A stretch of 64,000 nucleotides of DNA from Tubiluchus corallicola (GCA_030141605.1 JAQGDQ010000068.1:669034-733033), one strand, 5' to 3'. Shown: positions 1-15,000, counted from the stretch's first letter. Notes: generated by a model from the sequence alone, not told the origin. Program-made: numbers and translations.

Positions 1-3000
1 TTGCCAAACTGCCGAGTGCTGATGGTTGCATACGAAACGTTTCTTAGTGACTGGGGACAGAGATGTCCATACGAAACAGAAAAGTTAGTCTGTTTTCATA
101 CAACAATTATAGTCAGTGTTGTTTGTTGGAAATAACAGATATTGCAGCATTATTGTCTATATCGTTAGACTGTGTTGACATACAAGAGTAAACTGGATCA
201 AATGGATTTTGCATAGAGCTCTTCAGCTTTTTCATAGGAAGTGCTCCTTTTTAACTCTTGATTAAAATCTTGAATCCATTGAGCATCTAGCCTTTTTGTT
301 AGTACAACCAAAGCTGCTCCACCTAGAAGAAAATCCAACTTAAAATTCTTTGTTTGTTCATTTGCTTCACTGGTCTGTTAGTAACACTACTTGCCTGGTT
401 GTCTGTCCTGCAGCTTGCCTATCAGTTTGTGTACTTATTTATTTACTGATTTGAATGTGAAGAAAAAAAGTTATTGCAGAGATAAAACTAAAGAGGTGCA
501 TTTATTAAGCACCCGGGGTGTTTCTTTGTGTACGCAGTTGTTGCTGCCTTTCAGACAATGTTATTCAAGAAACAAATAATTATTAGGTTGTTTTGTCTTA
601 GACGATCAATACATCAACGCAGTGTGGAACTCTTGCGGAAACTGAAGAAAGCTGGAGTAGGCGATAGACCTGTTATATTTGTAACGCATTCTATGGGAGG
701 TACACAAGTTTTATTCAGTTTTCAATTTGCACTCAAGCTTGTATTATTATGCCAGATTTCAAAGTTTTGTCAGGGACACTACCTTTTCAGTGCTTCTAAT
801 CATTTCTTTAACAGTTATTTAGGTCTTCATCCAATGGTTCTAGGCCTTACACGGTACATTTTCATATCTCCCCAAGGACTAGATATAGATCAGTCAAGTA
901 ATGCAACTATTAAATAACAAAACTTAAAATGATGATTTTTTTTTAATTTGTTAAGAGTGGTTCTGAACCTATTTCGTATTTTTCAATTTTAAACGAATCC
1001 AATGATTGTCGAAGGTCTGTTATAATGAAACTTTAGCAGTAGAAGATATATAACAATATGGAGTAAGTAATACTGCTGCTCAGTTACTTATTTTGTAATT
1101 TAATTGAAAGGCTGAAAACAAGCTCAAAATATTTTGAGAAATCTGTTTCCAATTATCAAGTCCATATTTTAAACACCTAGTGCTCATTGAAGTTGAACAC
1201 TTGTAAAAAAGTCAAAGAACGTACGTATATTCTTTGTCTCACATCACTGTAGTCTGTAATGCTTGCTAAGTTAAGTCATGTAAAATTAGATATTTGTTGT
1301 TTTTAACTGTATTGAGTTAGTATTTACTGTTTTAGGTTTGATTGTTAAACAAATGCTGGTTGGTGCCATGGTGGATCTAAACCATGAAAAAATCTTCCTA
1401 AACACAAAAGGAGTAGTGTTTTACAGCACGCCTCATCGTGGTTCCTCCCTAGCCACTATTTCCAATCAGGCCAAGTACATCTTGTTTCCGTCAGTTGAGG
1501 TCAAAGAACTTAAAAGTGGTATGTTATGGAAACACGTATTGTTAATATTATGCAGCACATTGCTGATATCAATGTCATAAAGCTGCCTGTCAAACAATGG
1601 AGGAGTGTTAGACTTTCTTCATATGGCACAGAGCCAGTGGGTGTATAGCAGTGATTGGGGTAATCAGGCAGTATTACTAATACCAACAAATTCAAGAGAA
1701 CTTTGATTCATAGTTAGTGATTTTTCATAACGATGATTCATAGTGAATTAAAATGTTAACTTTAATTGTGATGCCCGTTGTTCATACTCCCAACACCACT
1801 TGCTAGTTTTGGAATTGGTAAAAGCAAGCAGTAAAGATACAAACAAAACAATGTACAAGCCTCCTGACAAGTCCTTGAGAAAACTAGAGTACTAAGGTCA
1901 ACATTTTAGAAACTAACATTTAGCAATATTTAAGATTTTATATAACAAGCTGTCTGTTTTATTTGACATTTCAGATAGTGAACCATTGAAAAGACTTCAC
2001 ACAAGTTTCGTCAACATAGCAAAAACACGTGGTATTTCATGTCTCAGCATTGGTGAGAATAGAAAGAGTTCTGTAGGTCTACCATTCCAGCTACACATAG
2101 TACCACCTTATTCAGCAGGTTTGTCTACCTAGTACTTTGTTAGTTGTTGCCAGATTCAAAAAATTTGAGTTTGAAAATACCTAAAAAATTACCTTAAACA
2201 GTTATTTTGCATACGAATAACGGGGCGCATTTTACGTTAATGTTTTTTAATGGAAGTCAGGATCATTTTTCATATATTACCCCATTTTCAAGTGTGGTAA
2301 AAAGTGTACATATTAACACCAATAATGCTGTAAAATTGTTTCTGATAATTAAATAATAGATTAAAATCTTAATTAACGACGGGCGAGCCAAACTAGTGAT
2401 GACATCACAAACTAACGTAATTTTTAGCATGAAAAATATTCCACGAGCATGTTGCACCTGTTTGTAAAAGCGAAAATTGAAGTACAGTGCTATTGTAAGA
2501 GATTCAGTGTGTTGTAATAAAACTCGGCAGGTTTTAAGATAAAAATTCATATTTCAAATTTTCCGCTGTACTCATTCATGAGCTGTGGAACGTGTGCAGT
2601 ACATCAGAAATGAACACATCTGAACTGAGAGGTGCAGCACCTATTTTTTGTACAACAATTTCGGAAATGAAGGCGCTAGTGCCCGTCTAATTAGCGATAG
2701 ATGAAATGTGTATAACAGTGAAGAACTAGTGGTGCAAACATGAAATCGCGTCTGTGTGGTAATAATTGTTTTACACAAGTCAGTCTTTAAAAAAATAGGA
2801 TGTTTCCTTTCAATATTTTAAAAAATAGGTTGTTTTGACCAACAGTTTAACTTTGGGTCAGTTTTGCTTTAAGTGTGTCTATGCTCTTGCTAGTAGCAGG
2901 ACATCGGTTGTATTTTCTTAATCGATTATTTGGGTTCCACACCTTTCCAGGCCCTTTTCTAGTATTTTATGAGAAAGGCAGGTGCAGGTGAAAACTGTGT

Positions 3001-3696
3001 GCGTTCTTATGACAAACTTTTGTGTCTAACCAGCAGCATTAGCATACTATGTTATTGCACAAAGATAGTGCCATATTACTTGATATTATGCCAGTAACAT
3101 CAACTTTTCATGTACCTTTTGTGGATTTTTTGAAAAATAAGTTGAAATTATTATTGGCAATAATAATAATATTTTCAGTTTACATCGACAGCTGAAAAAA
3201 TAATCAATGACAGGAAATAATCAATAATCTGTGATAGGAAATAAAAGCCCATATTGTTTAATCAATCATAATTTAATCAATCATGTCTTTATGCATGTGA
3301 GTACAGGCATGTAGTTGTACCTTTATTTTTTATGTTTCAGAAAATGTTTTCTCAAGTTTTGTCACTGTGAAACATTTGGTGTTGTGTGTTGTGTTTATTA
3401 GCTCATCAATAGCCCTTAAATATATTTGATCACATTTTATAACATATTTAAATTTTGAAAACTGTTATGACTTTAAACTTTATGTTTTAGATGCAGGCAT
3501 TGGAGATTTTCACCTGGTTGATGCTGATCACCTGTATGTTTGCAAACCATCTTCAGCAAAGTCAAAATCTTACACACTTCTTCTAGATTTTGTACTTAGT
3601 CTTATTCCTGTAGAGCGGATTGGCCATTTTGTACAGGCAAGCACTCCACCAGATCCGGATCAACTTTTACTAGAATTTTTTCACATAGTAACTTAA
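1..3696 (+). CDS. SERAC1: Protein SERAC1 (serine active site-containing lipase/transacylase), last five coding exons; 5' part lies outside the window
   Basis: Exons 1-83, 602-699, 1336-1518, 1975-2118 and 3491-3696 have GT..AG boundaries and consistent phases. The spliced product reads [68 protein letters not shown]...[13 protein letters not shown]...[10 protein letters not shown]...[10 protein letters not shown]...IVT*. It contains the HSMGG nucleophile elbow and follows the remembered SERAC1 C-terminus closely. Confidence 0.93.
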
Positions 3697-4196
3697 ATGC
3701 AATAAGGTTGTGTCAGGTATTCTCTAAAAGAAACAACTTCACTCAGGTATACTTTAATAATCAGGTAAATTTTGCTTAGTATTAATGTTTTTTGAAGATA
3801 ATATATGCTTTTAAAAAGTTTAAATACTAGTTTTCTAGTTTTTTATAAGTATCATTTTTGATAATCTTGGCATAACTAAGTATAATGTACAAAGTCAACT
3901 GCATGTTACTATAACTGACATGTTGTAATTAGTATTATGTGTGTGTGAAATCAAAGTATGTAGTGTGATTACTCAATTATAATCCAACAATTCATGAAAA
4001 AAACATATTTTCAAGGTACAACATTCTTGATATTATATACTATTTGAGTTTGTAATTGTCGTGTAACATATACATAAAGCACAGTCTAAGCACAAATTGT
4101 AATCTATACTACCTAGCAGTTATTGTGAAACAATATATTTTAGTAGTGCTAGTTGAATATTCACAATTTTATGCATATTACTTTTGAATGCACTTC

Positions 4197-4397
4197 TTTC
4201 TCTTTCCCTCTCCCTCCCTCTCTTCATTCCCTATCTCGCTTTCTTGCTTTCTCTCCCCTTCTCTCTCTCTCTCTCTCTCTCTCTCGCTCTCGCTCTCCCT
4301 CCCTCTCTTCATTCCCTATCTCGCTTTCTTGCTTTCTCTCCCCTTCTCTCTCTCTCTCTCTCGCTCTCGCTCTCTCGCTCTCCCTCTCCCTCTCCCT

Positions 4398-4440
<43 letters not shown>
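4197..4440. repeat. Compound (CT)n/(CTCTCC)n microsatellite with an internally duplicated unit
   Basis: Pyrimidine tract in which ctccctctcttcattccctatctcgctttcttgctttctctccccttc occurs twice. It generates the spurious S/L-rich ORFs at 4153-4477. Confidence 0.95.
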
Positions 4441-5292
4441 CATTCTAATTCTTTCAGCTTTGCTCTGTGAAATATAACATTAAAAGCATCCATATCTAAT
4501 TAGAGCAGAGTATTTTTCTTTGTTGATGTCAAATCACTCAAAAAAAGAAGTTTTGCCACCAAAACAATACTTAGTGTCCAAAGATGGGTCATACCTAGGA
4601 TGGAAATCAGTTTTACGAAAAACACAATTATATAAAAAACGTGCATCTCGAGAACTAGCATGGTACATACATTTTGCTCTCTTATTATCAGAAGGATTTA
4701 ATAAGCAGCTAAATCTTAATTTACCACACATGTAAATGAATTATACAGTATAAACTTTAAACCTACGTTATGATGGATTCATTGTTTTTAAGCAATTTAA
4801 AGGTGATAATGTAAATACTGATAAAGTTTGCCAGGACTGTTAGTGTGTCAGCTTTTAGTAACAGTTTTGCTTTGCTATAGGTGGTAAACTTCAGTAAAGC
4901 AAAGCATAATTGCTATTGTTTTATTTACCAAGAGTGAAGCATGAAAGGTAAGTATTAAAATGCCAACAAAACAAGCCTTGTTAACATTACTGTATATGGG
5001 AAACTTTAGTTTTCACACTCTTGCCTGACTATGTATTATACAGAGGAAAACAAAGTAGTGCAATTGTCTACACAATTATTAACACATGAAAAACATCTTA
5101 TGTGGTTGAGATGAGGCGCGAGGTCTAGCGGTAGTGAGTGGATGGATGAACTGCTTCAATTCTTGTTCTGGACGGTGATTCGCCATGCCGTTATGACTGT
5201 TTGTCTCTCAGAGAGAATAAAGTAAGCTACATGTATTTTACAGTAAGAATTACAGAGAGGTTTACAAAGTTGTGAATAAGGAGAAATATTAT

Positions 5293-5304
5293 ATTTATTT
5301 TATT
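5293..5304 (-). terminator. Candidate polyadenylation signals (two AATAAA) for the laminin gene
   Basis: tttattttatt on + reads as tandem AATAAA on -, about 0.8 kb downstream of the laminin stop. The background is AT-rich, so support is weak. Confidence 0.35.
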
Positions 5305-6084
5305 AATTACGTAGTGATCACGTAAAATAATAGAAAAACGAACACTTATTATAAATGTTAGCACAATAGCACTAAAGACATGCTATAGCTATAGTTTTTA
5401 ACACACAAAATATAGTCACTATTCACATGGTTTTGTATCAAAAATTCTGGATGCAAATCATGTGGTGAAATTGGTAAATGAACCATTATATAAGCAAAGA
5501 TTATTCTATCACAGTATTTTACACCTTTCAAAATAGTTTTGATCATCCTCGCAATAATAATTTTAAAATTGCCAGAGAATGAATAGTACTTTGTGAACAT
5601 CCATTGCTATAGAGCTAAAAACTGTCCATGAAGTTTTAAATAACAAAACTGATGTCATATTGGAACATTCTGACTTTTTTACTTATTTGCACCCAGTTTG
5701 TACTCACATGAGTATTCTGTTTTGTCAATGGTAAGCAACTGCTATATAACATGAGTTTCATCTTGGTCTCTGACTTTTGCTTTTACCAAAATGCAGTTTG
5801 GCCAGCATTATTATCAAGTTGGCAAAGCAATTGTAAGTTATTCTGCTTTCAGTCACATCAGCTCAGGAATGACCATCATGAATTAGTAATAGTCTACTCT
5901 GACTCGTTATCACCGAAGAAGAAAGGCAGTTCTGCTCGCAGATAAGGCATTTCATATAGTACCCTTCACAAAAAAGTCGTTCCTCGTTGGCTTGTGGCAC
6001 CTTCAATATTAAATCTATCTCATGAAACATTTAGAGCTGGCATTATCATCAGAGTCAAACAGTAGTCCAATGAACTGGTGTCAA

Positions 6085-9000
6085 TCATGGTGTTTGGCAG
6101 ATAGCGGATAATGGTTGCCGTTGTACAGCATCTAATAACCACAGTAATTCAGTCTCCAGGTTCTTGACTGTATTTACTAAAGCCTGTATATCTTGACTTT
6201 GTGTTATATGTTCTTGAAGAAGATCTGAAATTCAATTATAAGATGAATGCATCAATTGTACCCAATTTAAATCGACGTTCATTACAAACAACAAGTAGCA
6301 AGCAGCATAAAATTGAAGTGCTTTCAAAGCTCACAATTCATTATTATGATAGCATAATAACTAGAGGCCAGAGCAGCGTAATTTCAGCTGAGCTCCAGCC
6401 GGTTTATTTCTACAGTCAATCTAGCCGATAAAAAACCCTGCTTTAGTCGCGCCAACTGCTCAGTGATGGGAGTGGAGCTAGCCGACATTATCGCAGGCTG
6501 CAAAGATTTTTGCTCTTGCGAACAAGCCACTGGCACAGCAGTGTCTAGTTTTTTGCTGGATTACTGCTGTGTTTACCTGTCTTGAGGGTAGATTTCTTTC
6601 ATTTTAGAATTCTGCCTGCCCAATGTCTACAATTGATGTAACAGGCTTATGATGATGAAATCACTAGTCGAAATATGGCAAACACATCGCAGACTCGCAG
6701 TCAGATTGTGCATATGGTGGCAGATACACTAAACTTTAGAAATTTTTGAACGAGAAAGCAGTCAATTCAAAATTAAATACACAAACACAGTCAAACAGGC
6801 AACGTGAGTCACACGTATGGGGTCATTTTGGTGTTTTGGTATTGATTCGTCAGTAATCAAAATAAGCCTTGCCAAGAGTTAGATTTAAATTATATTTGCA
6901 GTAAATCCATTGCTTTTTTATTATAATAAAAAATTGACCTCTAATATATTATTTGAATTTGTACACCAGCCTTTTTCTGAGCAACACGAATTATTTAAAA
7001 AAATTGTCTCAATAATTTAACAGTTAACTAACAATTTATCATTTATTTAGTTAACAAAAGTTTGCAGCTTTAAGTGACTTAACTGATTTTTTTCTTTAAG
7101 CAGCTCAGCTGAAAAGTCAGCCAACTTCACCCGAGCTAGCTGATTTACCGTGTGAGTCAGCTGATGTAGTAGCAACTGACTCAGCTTCGGCCTCTAGTAA
7201 TCACACATGCCGTCTCAGAACAAACTTAAGTTACGTTACTACCATGGCAGACAAGTGAACATGCGTAGTTCACTTATTTGTTCATTTCCTGTTATCAGGC
7301 AGCAAAATTTAGCATGAAGGCAAGAGTAGACTCAGGATAGTGACATCAGTACATTATATTTCTTTTAACATCTTGGAACTAAGATCCTTTACTCCTAGGA
7401 TTTTGCCAATAGTTTTCTAATGGAAGAACTCAAACGGTGAATATATCAGTGATTTATAAATAAATAACATCCGGAGAATGTGGACGACAGCATCTTTGGT
7501 AGTAGATGAGATAACAATGAAAAGATTGGTTTGTTACCCTAGCCTACCTTGTAAATTTTCCATTTCTTCTATATTTTGCAGATCTGTGCGAAGTTCATTT
7601 GTAAGTGATGTTAAAGTGTCAACTTGCAACTGAGTCAATTCAATGTCCGTGTTGCGCCTAGCCGACCCTCGCCCAACCACACCAATTTCACTGAGAGTAG
7701 TGTTATGAATCTGCAAACAAAGTTCATTTGTACTTTAGCAATGGTATACTTGGGTAGTAAATATTATAGTCTACATCAATAGCCTATCACCATCCAAGGT
7801 CACTGTTATTGTGATTTTTATTACTACTAATGGCTGCATGAATTCTTGTAATGTCTAAATAGTACTAAAAGGCATCTAAATGGTTTACCACCAAATAATA
7901 AGAATCATATGATCTGTGTCTGACTGCCAATAGGTAGCCTTTTATATTTTTCTGTGTACTTCTTTGAAGATATACAATACATGCATACACTGTGTTTTAT
8001 TGAATAAAACTGCTGGCTAGCAAAACCGCTATGTAGAATTTGATTTGATTTGATTGATATTTGCTTCTGATTTAATAACTGAATTACAGTTAACAATAAA
8101 ATACATTTTAAATCAGGTGGCAATGAAAAACAATGCTGGAAGATTAAAAGACATAATACAACACATTTTTGCTATGAAAGATAGCAAATTGCTACAGGGT
8201 TGCCGCATTTCAGTCAAACAAGCTTAAACCTCTACCGTTTCAATGCAAGCACAGTGTAACACAAGCTTAATTGATATAAACTAGCATTTGCAGCTTACCA
8301 AGACTGTGCGGACAGATAACTCCAATGCCACATCACTATCACTTTGTAATTGTATAGCTCTCAATTGAGAGGTATCAATGCAAATATCTATGTCATTAAC
8401 ATCTCTTGAAATGCGACGCAACAATGCCTGGACTTCTTCGCCGAGGAGAACTGCACGGCTTACAATATTGTTAATCTATAAAAAAGTTAAAAGCACACAT
8501 CGAATGACTAGAGTTTAGAAAACTACTGCTTATAAACAGCAAATTGCACTGTATGCAAAAACCTACATTCCTTAACATTCCAATACATTACTTAATATAT
8601 TTCAGTTTTAATGGACATACGTATCTGCTTTAAAGACCTTTACTATTGAATACATTTTTTGTACACAAAATTTACTTAATCTCTTACTTTGTGTAAATGA
8701 AAATATCATCCTCGATTATTTCAGTTTACTCAGTCCCTAGGTTTGCTTTGTATAAGGACCCACTTAGTCTAAAGAACGTCATCACACACTAATTTTTCCA
8801 TACTGTGCTGCTATTCAATACGGAATAACTTGATCCAGCTTATCAGTTCAGGACTCAAGTGCTATTCCTAGGTTTGTTAGTTTTGAACTATATGTAATAA
8901 GCTATTTTATAGTTTCGTTGTGCGCTCATGCAGTTGCTGCAGATCAACGGTTAAGTGAACCCATGCAACGCATCTTAACTACAAAAGTCACATGATATGT

Positions 9001-12000
9001 GGGTAAAAGCAAAGGCGTTTGCTGCATCAGTTCAGTTGCTTTGCGTGGACTTTAGTTAATTATGCATTAGTCTGTACGTAGAGTGATTTACTAGCTGGAT
9101 CTTGCTTGAGAACAAGAAAAAGTGAACTAGGTAAGGTGCTAACTGTTAATATTACAGTTTTGTCTGGTTGTCTGTTATATAGTTCACTTAACCTTTGATC
9201 TTTTCATGATCATCGTCAATCGTCGGAACTGTGAAAAGGCTTATTGCTTATTAGTAGTAGCTTAAAATTTTAAAAATGTTCACATTTAAAATTTGATGAG
9301 TGCAACTGCCAGGATCGTGTATGATTGCCAAATATACAACATTCACAACATTCTTATGTGTTTTCGAGATTTTAAATTTTGAATTTTACCTCAAATGCCT
9401 CAAATTTTTTAATTTTTTTACATACTCTCTAAAATCATAAGCACAAAACTTATAGCCCTTATAAATAAGAAAGACTTCAGCTTCCACCAAAAATGCAAAA
9501 GCTGCAAAGTTGTTTAACTCACGTCATCAACAAAGTTATTTATTTCCATAACTTCTTCTTCGATAATTTCTTTCACATCTTCAACTTTAACGAGAGCTTC
9601 AGCAACAGCATCAATATTGTCCTGAATTTCAGTCACAGACTTCAGAACAAGTTCTGAGGAATCTCTGTAAACAGTAAGCAATGAAAACTGAATTACTGAC
9701 TATGGACGAAAATAAAAGATGAGTTGGAACAACTAGAGTCACAAGTGTTCCGGATGATATCATCATAGATTAAGCTAACAAAAGAAAAGCGCTGCACATC
9801 ATCAGTGTATAAATTAGTAAAGTTGAGTTAAGAGAAATCCCTCTAAAATGGATACAATTATCTATATATGTATAACTGTGTCAAACCATAAATTGCATTT
9901 CGACTCGGCGTGCTACCATAATTAAATTTTAAGAACTTTTTTCAACAAAATTGAAAAAGTGGTAAAGCAAATTAAGTCTAAAACTACAAAACAGGATGTG
10001 CCAATTCGTAAGCAGTGAGTTTCAACAGCTTAAATTATGGTAATCAATTAAATATGTCAAAAGAATACCTCAGTGACACAATAAGTCAAACACATTATGC
10101 AGGACTCAGACAACTAAACGAAATGGTAAGGGTTTGCCATTAAGCATGGAGCTGATTAAATGAAAGTATTGGATGAAACAAAAAAGAAAGAAGGCTTTCC
10201 TTGCTTAAATAGAAGCCAGTATTGTTGTTACTTCAGTAAATAGTTATATAGGAGTCCAGAGATACAGTAAACCTTGCTTGGAGACTATCCCATTAAAATA
10301 AAAAAGTGTCTTCTTTAAACATGTATTTGCTTCAATTGAGTGAATAATAACAGTAAAATATAGCAGATCAAATGATGAACACAAGTAGTTGTATTACATA
10401 CGCAGCTTGTTTTGCAAGCAGCTCTATCTCCTGAGCTTGACCAAGGCTGTCCCGTGAATGTGCTGCCAAATCTCGGATAAGTCTGCTTGACACACTTGTC
10501 TCCAAGATTCTCTCTGTAACTCTGTTAACACTCTCAAGGTCAGGCAGACTGCTGTCCAGAATAGACTTGGAAAAGTTATCAGATTTTAGGATGAGAAATT
10601 CGGTCTCATTTATAGTGTCCAGCAAAGACTGAGCCCCGAGAATAGCAGTCACAGCATCAGAATGCAGTTCTTCAGCAAAATTCTACAAAAATTAACTGGT
10701 AATGTAATAACATTCTACATTACTATATCTAATAATCTGCTATTACTATAATAATTCTAATATTAATAATAATATTAAATGGTAATCCAATAATTCTACA
10801 TTACTAAGAACCACGATAAGGTATTATCAGTGTATTGCTCAGTTGCATTAAAACAAATAGTGAAATGTAATGAAAATTACACAAAAGTACTGTCACATAC
10901 CTGGAATGAGTCAGCATTAAAAGCAGCAAAGTCAACAGTTTCTTGAGCATTGGTAACATTCACAAATATTTCTTGACTTTTTTCTTCTGCTGCAATAGCC
11001 TCCACTTGCTTTTCAGACAATAGATCGGCTATTTCCATCGAATCTTCCTTAATTCTTTCAACCACAGAAAGGGCATCAGCAATGTCTTGTTTAATAGTTG
11101 GAAGGGCATCAAGGTAATGGAATACAAACTCTTCCATGTTTATCAGTCTTTGTCTCTGCTGCCTATGCAGTTCAACAATTGCAGCACCTTGGTTTCTATG
11201 AGCCTGTTCCAAAGTCAAACGCTTCTGCATAGCAATGTTTACCTCACGAGTTAGTTCATCAACTGATTCACGAAGTGACTGTTGAATTTCGTCAGATTCT
11301 GATGCTTGCCTTATCATGTTTCCAATATTTAAAAAGCTAGTATTTGCTTGAGCATACGACTCATCCAACCTTACAAACTGTCGAATAAGAGTGATATTGA
11401 TATCATGAAACGGAATGGTCTGACCACTTGACAGAATCAGTTCACCATTATATCGACCTGCTGCTACAACTCCAACATTGATTTCTTCTCTTCGACGTTG
11501 AAATTCGACCAACGTGGCTGAATAATTGTTCTGCAATTGAATGAGCTCCTTGTAGCCACGTGCTGTTTTTTGCAAGAGCAAATAAGCTGCATTAGTGTCA
11601 TTGTGAAGTGCTCCTATATCATCCAATTTCTGCAAGGATTCATTAATTGACTTTTCTACAAATTCTAAACTAATGCCAATAAAATTTTGTAGCAAAGTTG
11701 TACTGGCATCATTTAAAGCAGAAAAATCATGTCCCAGTTGTTCTAGTTCCACCACAAAATTATCATAGCACTCACCACACGGCTCGCAATTGGGAAACTC
11801 GCCGAGGTAGATCACGTCAACATATTTGTATGAATCAATTTCAGGGATGCCACAATGATCACAAGTCAGACCAACAATTGACTTAGTCTTACATGGGCAT
11901 TGTCCGCTTGTTTTATTACAATTGACATAAGTTGTGCCATCATCCCTCACTGACGTGGCAGTACCATCAGAATGGCATTGACACCTTTTACAGCCAAACC

Positions 12001-15000
12001 GACTCAGATCCCAAAAGCCATTCTCACAAGTATCACAGCGTCTTCCAGCAGCGTGCGTGCGGCAGTTACACTGTCCTGTTAAGACATCACACTCACCCCC
12101 TCCAGGTATGCTACCTAGAGGATCACAATCGCACTTCGTGCACCCAAAGCCCGAACTGTAATTAAAAGAGTTTAAGTCGCACTGATCACAGTATGTACCG
12201 ATGACATTAGGCAAGCACTCACAAGAACCATCGATGTTATTACACTTTCCCGTAGATCCTATAGAGAGGGTGCAGTTACACGGTTGGCAGTCAACAGGAC
12301 TGATGAGGGCATTGCCAAAAAAACCCTCTGCACACACATCACACTCCTTACCTGCTGTATTCTCTCTACAGTTGATGCAAACTCCAGTTGTAGAGTTGCA
12401 AGTATCTGCTCTTCGATTGCAAGCGCACTCACGACACATACCACCATTCTGGAAAGCATCTTCTGGAAAACCGTACCAATCTACAATGCAAAATTCGCAC
12501 CTGGACCCACCATGCCCAAAGCTGCAGTCATCACATACTGGTTCGCTGCCAATCAAAGAACATGTAGATGCAAAGACATTGATATCCATATCCGGAATGC
12601 TTCCAGGACACATACACGGTTTGCAGTCATCGGGTGTGCCACCAGTTGCATCACCATAATAGCCATCAGAACAGACTTCACAAGAATCACCAGCTGTATT
12701 ATGCTCACAAATGCACACCCCCGTTTTTGGGTCACAGGGACTCACTGTGTGATTATTACAGAAACAAGCTGTGCACTCCAAGTACACAGATCCATCAGGC
12801 ACAACTCTTGTAAAGCTAGATGAACACATTTCGCAAGAGTTACCATCATACTCGTCAGGACAAATGCATAACTCAACAGTGTTAACTATCACATTACTCA
12901 TGTCGTCATCAGCTGATGCTAGTTGCAATTCAACAAACCACAAGTCAGTGTGAGAACCAATCAAAGAACTGTACCTTGCTCTGATGCGAATTGCTGTAAT
13001 GTTTGTTAGCACCTCTAAAAACTCTTCCTGTGTCGCTTGTGAAGCACGAGAAGAAAGATTTCCAGAATTCCAAGATACTTCATTTAATCGAACAGTATAG
13101 TTGTGTCGTTGAAAAGGAGGTGGCGTAGGAAGATTTGTAGAAATCATTCGATTTTCTGTTCCCACTATAATGACATCTGCATATCTGGAAGTAAATGTAA
13201 TCTCTCTAGGTGTGGCATCTGGGTCTATTTTGGCAGGGTCTGACTGACTTAGGGCAAACATAAGAACATGGCCATATGCTGAACGTTCGTTACCAAGATA
13301 ATCTGACGGTGCTGTGTAGTACATCTCCTGTGCTGTGTCAGCCACTGTGATTCTGCTCACAAGGCTAAAAATAAAGATATTGGAGATATTAAATAATTAA
13401 ACTTAAGGTTGTTATTTGTTCACATACTATTATTATTAAGTTCAATAAGTTTCTACAATCTATTAGCTGTTTAAAATGCTTCACAAGATTAAAACAGTTT
13501 AATAAGTACTAAAAAGCATTTGAATCGTTACATGTTCTTAACAACTATAAAAAGTACACTTACTGGATGTAAGTTTCACTAATGAAAGGCTCATGAGTTG
13601 CAATAATGGCATTCCCTTGGTCATCCTCCCCGTTCCATGGCCACATTCCCACATCCACATCTGGAAATCGTTGTTGACTGCGTATGGATGAAAGATACCA
13701 TCCAGCTGCTGATGTACAGTTAGTAGTATGCCCACTACATGCACACTTCAGACACCCCAGCTCTGACCATGGACCAAGACCATAGAAACCTAGGAATAGA
13801 AAAATTTCACAATGCAATAAAATGTAAAAACAGGAAAATTTCAATAGAGGAAATTCACATAACAAAATTATGGAATTAAAAATTCAGAAATGACTAGCAA
13901 CAATCAGCAAATTCACAGGCTCCTTACATCTTATATTTGGCTAAGATTCCAGCAATTTAATTAACGATTTACTTTTTACAACAAAGGAAAACATCCGAAA
14001 ACTATGTTGCATCTTTCTTTAAATGTTTTTAACCATTGGGGAAAAAAACATTTAAAATGAATTGCCCTAAACAAGCTTGAAAATTGAAGCACAACAAAGA
14101 CCTTGTGAAAAAATCAGAAACTTCATTTCACATGGAATATGGGAAGCCAATCCTTAACATTGTCAAAGAATTCCAGCAAATGTGGTGATCAGCAAAACAT
14201 CATAAAATGAACACAAATGAACTTTTTTTCATAAGAAAAACTACAATCCATGGGTAACAATCAGTAATTCATGACTTACATACTTAAAACAATTTATTAC
14301 CTATTTGGTAATTATCGTCAAATTATTACCTATTAGGCAATGATTTATTGTAAGATGTTAATTGCTAGAAAAACAAAGGAAATAGTAAAACGTGAAACTG
14401 TATGCTGAATTAGAACTGTACCTTCATTGCATTGTTCGCACTTACTACCAGTAACCTCCTGTCTACAGTTACACACTCCGGTTTCTTTATCACAAGCCAC
14501 TGCCTGACTACCATCAGGATTACAATCACAAGGAAGGCATCCCTCCTCAGTCAAATTATAATACCTGCAAATATGGCAGTACCTTTTACACAGACTTGCT
14601 AAAATGCGTTACATCAGCACACTTGTTTTCCTCAAGTCACAGTCGTCCAACAATTTGCATAGTTTCGTGTATTTGAGTAATTAAATACTTAGTTACTTCA
14701 TAAAAATAAAGTATTGGGGCCAGAGATTAATAGAAACACTATAAATGTACTTGATCCATGACGAGTAGGTATAATTGATAACAAATGACAAGCACAGAAA
14801 TTGAAAAATGCTCAAAATTTTGTCCAAAAACATGTTCTGTGTCTGCCAATCAAACTTGCTCTTCTATGAGTCTGGTTTATTTAACAGGTAACCAACCCAA
14901 TAGTTTGAAAGTCATCTGAATGTTTTCATATATATATATGACTGTTACCACAACAAGTATTGCAAGCCATCATAATTAGTTCTTTCTGAAAATTTTTATA

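Noticed and set aside
4153-4477. Three overlapping S/L/P-rich ORFs
   Set aside because: Translations of the (CT)n microsatellite.
5113-5225. A-box-like GGTCTAGCGGT suggesting a tRNA gene
   Set aside because: No intact B-box or cloverleaf; at most a decayed SINE head.
11698-12953. Plus-strand ORFs of 60-179 aa
   Set aside because: Antisense shadows of the laminin giant exon, with no recognisable motifs.
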